DNA of 64,000 bases. Origin: Antedon mediterranea. Lineage: Eukaryota; Animalia; Echinodermata. The notes beneath the pieces were generated by a model. That model had not been told where the DNA came from, did no database searches, and saw nothing but the letters and a program-made list of their open reading frames with translations. Positions 1 to 8,609 of the stretch are shown here, one piece after another (the first letter of the stretch is position 1; every line of letters begins with the position of its first letter). The position numbers and the translations under genes were made by a program. Location: assembly GCF_964355755.1 (NCBI RefSeq), contig NC_092680.1:13277045-13341044 (forward strand), read 5' to 3'.

Positions 1-12
1 TCGGGGAACACG

Positions 13-617
13 GGTACTTTTTGTCGGGGAATATAACATACAGTAAAAAACGTTCGCGTTCACTTCATATAGCTTCAGCGCCTAGAAAACCACGACGTTC
101 CATTGACCGTGAGAGTACGTCAGAGGGCTATTATGCACTTTTATGCATTCATTATTGCCAGAGATCTAACTACTAAACAATAGCTAGTACGCACTTGTTT
201 GGCGGTATCCCTTTGTACGAATCGTTCACCGTTGGGTCGAGACGCGTGATATCATGTTCCATCCAGGGACCAAAATGTGTAATGTAGTTATTTTCCAGGC
301 GAAGTTTACCGACGGTTCGGGTACTTTTTGTCGGGGAATATAATTCGTTCGCGTTCACTTCGTAGCTTCAGCGCCTAGAAAACCTCGACGTTTCATTGAC
401 CGTGAGAGTACGTCAGAGTGATATTAATATTATGCACTTTATATGCATTCATTATTGCCAGCGATCTAACTTACTACTAAACAATAGCTATAGGTACGCA
501 CTTGTCTGGCGGTATTCCTTTGTACGAATCGTTCAACGTTGGGTCGTGATATCATGTTCCATCCAGGGACCAAAATGTGTACTGTAGTTATTTTCCAGGC
601 GAAGTTTACCGACGGTT
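13..617. repeat. Two diverged tandem copies of a ~305-bp unit, probably subterminal repeats of an element ending near 730
   Basis: GGGTACTTTTTGTCGGGGAATATA starts near 13 and 319; both units end TTTTCCAGGCGAAGTTTACCGACGGTT. An inverted relative lies at 6563-6880. Confidence 0.85.
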
Positions 618-959
618 ACGTCGTGTACTGTGTCGACGTACGCTAAACTACAGCAAAAACGAATTATGTTAATTGTTCGTATGTTCACCAATTTTTTAAT
701 TTACAAGTAACCTTCTGTACCGTGGGGCACCTAAAATAAATATTTCATCCATTACTAAACAAAAAAACATGCCATTTTCGCTTAGCCAACATCTTATTAT
801 AGCTAAGTTATTAAATTTTCAATGTCCTGTATGTCATGAATTTCTCACCACTCGGAAGTCCAGATGGTACGCAGGCATCCCATACACTTGGGAGGAATAA
901 ACTTATTTCCCCGACTGAAAAAGGTCTACGCTTGCGTTTTTTAAGCCTCTGGGCCTGAT

Positions 960-1510
960 GTTTCCAAAGTATAAAATGCAATTTTTTGAAGACCTGCAGC
1001 TCTAGTTTTAAACATTTTCTTAGCTCAGCCCCAACAATAAAGCTGGTCATATTTCGAAGTACAAGAAGTGCATTTTCCGGGACCTAACATCTCTATTTTT
1101 CAAACATTTCTTAGCTCAGTCACAACCATGATAGGGACTTATATATTTTGTTTCATGTTTTGAAGTATAATAAGTCCAATTTCCAGGACCTCCAACTCTA
1201 TTTTTCTAAATTTTCTTTGAACTTTTATTTTTTAAATTGAAAAATATGGATTGAAACAGTCATCGCGCATCGTTTTTTTGCACGCAGTATTTTATTTATG
1301 CATTATAAAAAATGGAAAAAATGGCTACCCTAAATCTGATTAAAATGACCTCAAATGACGCTAGAACGCGTTGCTTCCGGGGGCTTCGCCCCCTGGACCC
1401 CCACCGGGGGCCCTTGGTGGCCCCCCTGGCCCCAGTTTTGTGATGCTCGCATAGCCCCCTCGTCGGGGAATGTAGCTTCCGCGTCGGGAAGATCCTGGCG
1501 CCACCTCTGG
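960..1510. mobile_element. Non-autonomous DNA-element fragment(s) with a ~90-110 bp internal tandem repeat and a GC-rich end
   Basis: Three imperfect copies of a GACCT..CTCTA..TTT..AAA..TTT motif at ~960-1220; GC-rich block GGGGCTTCGCCCCCTGGACCCC ending GATCCTGGCGCCACCTCTG. Family not identified. Confidence 0.45.
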
Positions 1511-1852
1511 GAAGTGTACACAAAATCGAGACATGCAGAGAAGCTTATTCCAGCCTTCAGTATTAAATTAACAAGAGTCAGGAGAAAAGTAATCAAGTAA
1601 TGTAATGTAATGTAACGTCAATGTATTGATAAGGGACATAATTTGATAAAAATGTTGAACATTTTATCTGCTATATTATGATAACTGTAAGTGAAAGCAT
1701 GGTTTCATGTAATTAAAATGTAAAGAACCGCATTAAAATATAGTTTAGCACTTGTTAAAACAATACACATTGCTTTTGTGTAAACAAATCACTAACTCCC
1801 TTTAAACTAAACCAGAAACTCAATCAAATCTGCCAATTGTATGTTTAACTTA

Positions 1853-2210
1853 GAGAGGTTTCCCTCTTGCCAGAGGTACATACAGTACAAGTACACATAC
1901 AATTGGTTCTTTTTTCCCAGTGCATACAATAACTACTCCATAGATTGATTATATTGCTGAGTACGTTTAACTTACAGAGGTTTCCCTCTTGCCAGAGGTT
2001 TTCCTCTTGCCAGAGGTTTGTATTGGAATTTTATGTTTCACTATAGTACAATTCATTTCTGGTTTTCCTTTCGTACTCCAAGTTTATGTTTCACTATAGT
2101 ACAAATGATTTCTGGTTTTCCTTTCGTACTAGAATTTAATTTTTCACTATAGTACACTTAATTTCTGGTTTCCTTTTCTTACTAGAATTTAATGTTTCAC
2201 TATAGTATAA
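1853..2210. repeat. Short tandem repeats (18-bp AGAGGTTTCCCTCTTGCC; ~52-bp unit x4)
   Basis: 18-mer at ~1853, 1976 and 1994; TTTCACTATAGTA recurs four times at 2029-2210, three of them followed by ATTTCTGGTTT. Confidence 0.8.
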
Positions 2211-3100
2211 TTAAACTCAGAGTTCCCTCGTTGTTTTAGAGGTACACGCGCACACAATCCGGTGCTATTAATATGCACACTTACTGCAGAAAGGTGTTAG
2301 AGAAGCGTGTTGTCACAAAAGGTCTGTAGTCAACTACAGTAGGCCTACATCTTGTTAATGGTTTCTTAAATTCAATACATGAAGAAGCTTTCAGAACAAG
2401 AACATGCTTCTGTTTTCAATTTGTGGAAAGAGTACTGTACATTGAAATAAGTGGATTGGTAGTATTTTGGCTGAAATGTAGAAATATTTAATGTTGGTTT
2501 GTAATGTACAAATATAGATTGGTATTATCAGACCTATAGAATGTGAGATTTTGGCCGATAAGAATAATAATTTGGTCTATCAGTGTAGTTTACATATACT
2601 TCAATCTTCATTATTATACAGTAGTTGATTTTTATAAAATTGCAGCCTAGGCTTAGGAAAACTACAAGGATAAGATCATGTGGCATAAGGAATCTTTTAT
2701 TATGTACTAACAGTGCAAATATTATGCGTATCTATGTATTGCGGAGGCAAGACGATCTTGAGAAAGCAACATTAGTGTTGTAAAACTTTCAATAATGAAA
2801 GCAGGGAGCTTGTTTATAACATGATAGATTCAGTCGTTTCAACAAACCAGATACAATCAGCTAATTGCAAACGGTACCCCACCAAAAACTTTGAAGTAGC
2901 ATCAACTCAGATCATCAAATGGATCGTTCCATTATTAATCAGAGGGTGGTTATATGGAATACTACAATTAAATGTTTTCTTACTAATAATTATATTGTAA
3001 CTTGTAGTAGCGGCCTACGACTTAAATCATAAATAAAATACAGTACACGTTACCATTCAAATGAAAGCAAAACGACATTTTTTTTCCATTTAAAAAAAAC

Positions 3101-3222
3101 TCGTATAGATTTGAACCCAAGGCTAGCGCTGAAATAGGTCTACTCAAAACAGAGCATTACACGTCACGCCATAAAGTAGAACATGACCGAACAGCTAGAA
3201 ATAGTCTATACGTGCTTCATTA
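3101..3222 (-). repeat. Degenerate tRNA-like segment, partial copy of 3491-3620
   Basis: Aligns by eye to 3491-3620 (ACTCAAAAC.GAGCATTA..CGT.ACGCCA.AAAGTAG.ACATGAC.GAACAGCT). Confidence 0.6.
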
Positions 3223-3490
3223 TAAAATTAAAGAAAAGAAGTTGAAAAGAAGCCCACCTAAGAGTACTATAAAATGAAAGAGCACGTGAGCTTCTTTTCG
3301 AGGTTTTGTGGTACTATTTAATGGAAAATGAATGTCATACAACTTTGTTTTTCTGATTTTTTAAAAAAAGGTCCACTTGTTCAGGACTAGGCCTGACATT
3401 TTACACCCTCTAAATATATCTCTCTTTAAAAATAAAAGAAAAACAAATATTTATTTTTCATAAACAAATTTTAAAAAATTAAAAAACATA

Positions 3491-3562
3491 TCCGTAGAGG
3501 TTCGAACCGGCCCAATCTAGAGCTGAGAGCACTCAAAACTGAGCATTAACCGTTACGCCACA
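3491..3562 (-). pseudogene. tRNA-like sequence with Pol III A/B boxes, no complete cloverleaf
   Basis: Minus strand has the A box TGGCGTAACGG and the B box GGTTCGAACC. Confidence 0.55.
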
Positions 3563-3665
3563 AAGTAGTACATGACTGAACAGCTGATAATAGTCTATTT
3601 ATACGTGTATTACGTAATTCATCATTACGTCATAAATATTCAATTAACCTTGTTAAAACCAAAAT

Positions 3666-3738
3666 GATCAGTTAGCTCAGTCGCCTGAGCTTCGTGTTGA
3701 CAACACGTATGTCGTGGGTTCGATTCCCACGCTGGTCA
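3666..3738 (+). pseudogene. tRNA-like cloverleaf with GAC (Val) anticodon on a tRNA-Ile-like body; probably a repeat-embedded pseudo-tRNA
   Basis: 73 nt. Acceptor GATCAGT/GCTGGTC+A, D stem GCTC/GAGC, anticodon stem CGTG/CACG with loop TTGACAA (GAC 3699-3701), T arm GTGGG-TTCGATT-CCCAC. The D-loop GG is missing, and a degenerate second copy lies at ~4950-5010. Confidence 0.65.
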
Positions 3739-4574
3739 GTGGAATAGAGTTAAGGCTATGCGAGCCACTGTGTTTGGGGTTCACAGATCATACGTCCCCC
3801 TTTCCACCACACATCATGAGGCGACAACATCAATGCATCTTGTGATGTGCTGGAAACGACCCCAAAATGCTGTGGCAGGGCCTTAGTGCTGAGGCAGGGA
3901 GAGCACGTGTAACATTTTTTTTTTGTGTGTGTTTTTTTTTTGCTGCATTATGATCTCTTAAATTTTATGTTTAGCGCCCTCAATTTTAATTAATTTTTTT
4001 ACGCGTTTTATTTAGAAGAGAAATCTCGCCGTAGTTTGGTATGCCTTGCGTTGTTATGCAAATGAGTTTGTTCAGGTGCAGTGGGGAAGACGGTATTGGT
4101 GATCACGGCCATTTGGTTTTTTCGTACGAGAGTTTTTCAATTTAATTATGATTTTATTTTACCTATACTTTGATTTGTTTTTCTAAAATTTGAGGTTAAT
4201 TTGTGGCTTTTTCGATGTAAATGTGTTATAAAGTAACAAGAAATATTTCTTACCAAAAACGCCGCTCGTCTTAAATATTAATTATTGTATTTTTCTTTCT
4301 TTATTAAATGATGCTTTTTTTTATTGGTATTCTAATTAATGATTTATTAATTATTATTTTTAACAATCAGTAGTACCGTAAACATTTTGTGTAACGTAAA
4401 ATATAGTCTAAAATGTTCTATTCAATCATAAAGTATTAAATAAATATAACAGTTGTTGAGGATGTGTAATTATGATTGGATTCAGTTTTCCTTCTCTGGG
4501 TTATTTCAATCAATCTATGAATTAAATTCGCAATCTACGCCATATTGTACTCGACTGGTTAACAACGCACAAGA

Positions 4575-4826
4575 GAGTGAGTGAGTGGCCGAGCGGTTAT
4601 AAGACAGTGGAACCGTAATTACGTAGCCAAAACATCGGCAGGGATTTGAGGCTCACTCACTCCATGGTTCTGGTGGTAGAACGAGTCTTCTCGGATAAGG
4701 ACTATAAACCGTAGGTCCAGTGTACACATCTAGCTCGTGTGCACTTTAAAGAAGTCTCCTCTGGGAGACCAGTCTTAGACTGAAGAGGTTACCCAGTATA
4801 AATATAAATTTCAATTCAATTCAATT
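4575..4826 (+). mobile_element. tRNA-derived SINE with Deu/Nin-like domain, internally deleted copy
   Basis: A box TGGCCGAGCGG; near-identical to 39011-39330 but lacks the GAGTAGGGGGTTACCCCGGTGT part; (CAATT)n tail. Confidence 0.85.
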
Positions 4827-5302
4827 CTACTCTTATACGAGCTTCATTACATCATTTCTAATCGTTAGTCGTTACGTCATAAATATGTATATTCATGAAG
4901 GTCATTTGTTTTGGGGTACAAATCTAATTACAACCTATGTAAACAAGATGATCGGTTAGCTCCCCGGTTAGCTCAGTTGATTTCATGTGTCCGAATCCCA
5001 TGCCGATCAAAATGTAAAATTGAAGCAATTGATGGATACAGTTAAAGCTATACGAGCTACTGTGTTGTTTGTGGTTAACAGTTAATACGTCCCCCGTTCA
5101 CACATCATGAGGCGGTACCATCAAGGTATCAGATGTCGTGGAACCAACCCCAATGCTGTGAGAGAGCCTTAAGCTCCAGTCCCACGATCGGGTTTTTTCT
5201 TCCGTCTTCCAAAGGGACACTGTATTGATTGATGGAAAGTGCCTGTTTCCAGTCACCTTTAGGGTCAAATCTATTATTTTAACTGCTCCCTTGTGTATAA
5301 AA

Positions 5303-5904
5303 TTATTATTATTATTACTTGTATAGCGCACATTTATACAACATTTAATTATAATCAGCGGCGCTTCACATCAATTAGTATCGTAACATTGTTTGAAATA
5401 TAGTGCTTTTAAATGTTTTTTAAACTGATTATAGTCGTCTAAGTGTTTAATGTGACTTGGTAATCTGTTCCAAATTTTGGGTCCTGCTACGGCGAACGAA
5501 CGGTCAGCAAATGTCTTTCGTTTAGTTCGTGGGATTGTCAGGTTATAATTGCTGGTGCTTGAACGAGTACTGCGAGAAACATTCCGCACAGTAAGAATAT
5601 CTCTCAGGTAACTTGGAGCGGAACCTTTAAGCGAACGCCATACAAGACACGCTATTTTGAATTGACATCTATGAGACATCGGAAGCCAGTGCAAGGATCG
5701 CATGGCGTTAGTTGCACTGTCATACCGACCTTTCCTGACAATTATTTTCGCAGCTTGGTGCAGTAACCTCTTCATTGGAGCAAGGGTATTAGCAGGTAGA
5801 CCATAATACAATGCATTGGCGTAATCAATATGTGACAGCACGAGCGATTGAACTAGTTGTTGGCAAAGGTCCTTGGAGAGAAATTTGCGGATTTGACGAA
5901 TATA
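5303..5904 (-). mobile_element. 5'-truncated L2-clade LINE (ORF2 C-terminus plus 3' tail)
   Basis: ORF 5371-5841 has IDYANALYYGLP, LHWLP, APSYL, RSFAVAGPKIWNRLP and FKKHLK motifs; (AAT)n tail; 8-bp direct repeat GTATAAAA at 5295-5302 and 5905-5912. Confidence 0.9.
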
Positions 5905-6045
5905 GTATAAAAGAGAGAAAATAGTGACTTATACGTTTTAGTGCATGTCCTATTATTAACGAAACTGACACCAGTTTTTTACACCAATAGCCAATCAGAT
6001 GGGCAGGAATTTGGCTTGGTAGGGATCAACATCTGAATATTGTAG

Positions 6046-6081
6046 CAGAGAGATATAATATAGTTCACTATATATCTTTTG
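6046..6081. mobile_element. 36-bp palindromic insert with 7-bp target duplication (candidate P-superfamily footprint)
   Basis: CAGAGAGATATA...TATATCTTTTG flanked by ATTGTAG and ATTATAG. Confidence 0.5.
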
Positions 6082-6562
6082 ATTATAGATACCTGAAATA
6101 ACTTTAGTTAGGAGTTGAATGGAATACAAAGATTATAAAGTGTTATTAAAAGTCATAATATATTATATATTTATATATAATTATAGATAAAATTATTATA
6201 TTTTTCTATTTCTTCTACTTCCAGTTCCTTTATTAAATCATGGTATGCTCCATGGGATTTTCGCCCCTGTATCCATGGTTTCACCCACACACTGCGATTC
6301 TTTTGCAATCGTTTTTTTCTTCTGCTTGCGTTTATTTAGTTCTCTTACCATATACAAAATGATCAAAACTTTCGAAAGTAACACTAAATCCATTTCGATT
6401 TGTATTAAGAATATACAATATCACAATTGAATTCTAAATGATAAATAGAGTAGCAAAGCAGAGAGCAGAGAAGAAAGCAGCGAACCCCCCTTAACCGACT
6501 GCGAACCCCCATCCCCGACATGCCCAATACCTCACCCTCATCTCCGAAAATCGTCCAAATAC

Positions 6563-6880
6563 GTGCCGCCCCACAGTACAAAAAGTTGTTCGTAAATTAA
6601 AAAATTCGTAAACTCGTTCGGAATAACTCATACAGTACCTTCTTCCCTGTATGAGCGTACTTCGAGCGATATAGTCTGTAAAGAGTTGCAAATGAATTGC
6701 CGATTTTAACCTGAAAAATAAATGTTTGGTCCCTGCATGTAACATGATATTGACGCGTCTCACAGCGAGCTGGGGGACGAACGATTCGTACAAAGGACAC
6801 CGCCAGACAACTGCGTACCAATTGTTTAGATCACTGGCAGTCAGGCAGCATGCATAAAGTGTATAGCCTTCCGACATACA
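6563..6880 (-). repeat. Diverged inverted copy of the element at 1-730
   Basis: GCCCCACAGTACAAAAAG..GTAAATTAAAAAATT matches the reverse complement of 690-729; GAACGATTCGTACAAAGG..ACCGCCAGACAA matches the reverse complement of the tandem unit. Confidence 0.7.
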
Positions 6881-6915
6881 TCAGTATTTATGTGTGGCTA
6901 TGAAGTATAATGTAT

Positions 6916-6963
6916 CATAGAGGATTATAGTGAATATTAATATTTTACACTATAATATCTATG
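6916..6963. mobile_element. 48-bp CATAG...CTATG hairpin insert
   Basis: CATAGAGGATTATAGTG...CACTATAATATCTATG flanked by GTAT on both sides. Confidence 0.45.
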
Positions 6964-7354
6964 GTATCATGTACTGTAGTTCACATTATGGCATCCGATT
7001 TTTTTTTTTCTAGACCACCAGCCGATACGTACTCAAATGTATCAATATCACCTATTTACATTGGCATATTTAATTTCCTCAACAAATTGCTGTAAATAAA
7101 TATTATAGATAGAGCTATAATAAGAATTGCATTTGCCTTCACCCAGTGTGCTTTTTTCGGGGCTTCTCCTAGACGTACGTTCGCATTGAACTTGAACGCA
7201 AAACAAAATATCGAGTAAATGATCAAACAATCGGCGGTTCCGCACAGAGCACGCGCATCTAACATACGGCAACAAATGTTATCGTTTAAATAGTCCACGA
7301 GTCCAAGTACGATCGTTTTGCTCATTGGTAGCATGCTGCATGAGAATGTCTTTT

Positions 7355-7507
7355 CCGGCCATCTAGGGGTGTCATTTAACAAAATTTGCTTCGCCTCAGG
7401 CCCCACCCCAGGGGGGGGGGGGGGGGGGTATGGGGGCGGGGGTGACCCAAATACTTAGTGTGCAACCCCCCCCCCCCCCCCCTTGACAGATCCTGGCTAC
7501 GGCCCTG
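7355..7507. mobile_element. GC-rich DNA-element end with poly-G/poly-C runs
   Basis: Ends GATCCTGGCTACGGCCCTG, the same terminal style as 1490-1510. Confidence 0.4.
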
Positions 7508-7854
7508 GACAAGGTCAATCCTTGAATACCTACAATATACAAAGATTGTCCCAAATTGCAAGCTTATGACATTCTATTCAAAAAGTAGGTCATTAGTGGT
7601 GACCAAGTGAAGAAATGACTGTGGGATTGCAAAACTCTTCTCCTGACGTCCTATCAATCAATACAAGTCCCTTTAGAAGACGGAAGAAAAAACCCGATCG
7701 TGGGACTGGAGCTTTACAGTGCTAGAAGCTGGCTTATGCCACCTTTATTCGATATCGTAAATTTTATGTTTAGCGCCTTCAATTTTAAGAAGAACACCCA
7801 TGTTACGTCAGAAAATTATGAATGAACACATAGAACATTTGTAACGGATTAGTC

Positions 7855-7909
7855 CATAGAGGAAAACCTCCATGATTAAATCATGGAGTAAAGAATTCTT
7901 TACTCCATG
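7855..7909. mobile_element. Two adjacent tiny palindromic inserts (20 bp and 28 bp) flanked by related 7-mers
   Basis: ATTAGTC-[CATAGAGGAAAACCTCCATG]-ATTAAAT-[CATGGAGTAAAGAATTCTTTACTCCATG, perfect palindrome]-GTTAGAC. Confidence 0.5.
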
Positions 7910-8169
7910 GTTAGACCGACTTCGATTCGATGAAATTATGAATTGTAAACATATTAAAATTAGGCTTTTGTGTGTGGCTCTCGTGCTGTTTGTATTTTAT
8001 AATTTTGTTCTGTTGAAATATCGTAATCGAAAGAATATTGCATGCTTTGGCAACAATGTATTAAGAAATCCTCACTCCGGTAAGCATATCTCTATGCGGT
8101 AAGTAAGCAAGGCTTACGCCGTGTGGGTGAACATATCCCTCGTATCCCTCATTCAATTTACACTAACCT

Positions 8170-8320
8170 TGTATTGGACGATTCCATTATCTAAATTTGT
8201 GTTTTACATAAAAATGTTTTTATTTCTTCTAATTGAAATTGTCATCAAAATCCGCCCATTTATTTATCTTTTATGATGTCCACTTCTAGACAATATAATG
8301 CTCCACTTATAAAATGCCCG
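8170..8320 (+). promoter_or_regulatory. Candidate proximal promoter of the laminin gene
   Basis: ATTGG at ~8173, GC box CCGCCC at 8252 and TATAAAA at 8308-8314, 220-360 bp upstream of the ATG. Motifs only, no TSS data. Confidence 0.3.
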
Positions 8321-8533
8321 ACTTTCAAGTATTTTGTTTGAACTTTTATTTACCACAACGTGAAAGAACGAAATAATGGTTTTGCCCAAAACAGTGACCA
8401 CCGTGTCGCGGTAGTTCAAAGGCTTCCTTCAATCTTAAGTGTGGTGGTGTGTACCAAGGACCTCGTACTTTTGCAGGGATTGGGGTTTTTATTTTGGAAT
8501 TTTCTTGTATTTTTTTATGGAAAACTTTTCAAG

Positions 8534-8609
8534 ATGAGAGGGGAACTGACTTTATTCATTCTTTTTGTGTGCTTCAATTTAATTTCCAGCCAACAAAACG
8601 ACGATGTTG
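8534..8609 (+). CDS. LAMA1/2: Laminin alpha exon 1 (signal peptide)
   Basis: [25 protein letters not shown]+G; donor GTGAGT at 8610; phase 1 joins exon 2 to give GLFP. Confidence 0.8.

Larger units (their letters stand above)
5172..7713. mobile_element. PIF/Harbinger-like non-autonomous DNA element, ~2.5 kb including nested insertions
   Basis: ~60-bp terminal inverted repeats AGCTCCAGTCCCACGATCGGGTTTTTTCTTCCGTCTTC; TTA target duplication at 5169-5171 and 7714-7716; empty site CCTTAGTGCT in the paralogous repeat at 3881-3890. Confidence 0.8.

Noticed and set aside
1296-1600. Overlapping ORFs in the GC-rich block
   Set aside because: By-product of a GC-rich element end; no recognisable protein.
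3813-3850. SECIS-like ATGA...AA...GA in the hairpin
   Set aside because: Helix too short and not in a 3' UTR.
6245-7406. ORFs and minus-strand donor-like sites (e.g. ATG|GTAAGA near 6350) inside the 2.5-kb TIR element, as a transposase or divergent gene
   Set aside because: No DDE or Myb/SANT motifs and no downstream exons could be traced; part of the region is an inverted repeat copy.
8360-8533. N-terminal extension of exon 1 from the ORF track
   Set aside because: Begins at GTG; the ATG at 8534 gives a typical signal peptide.
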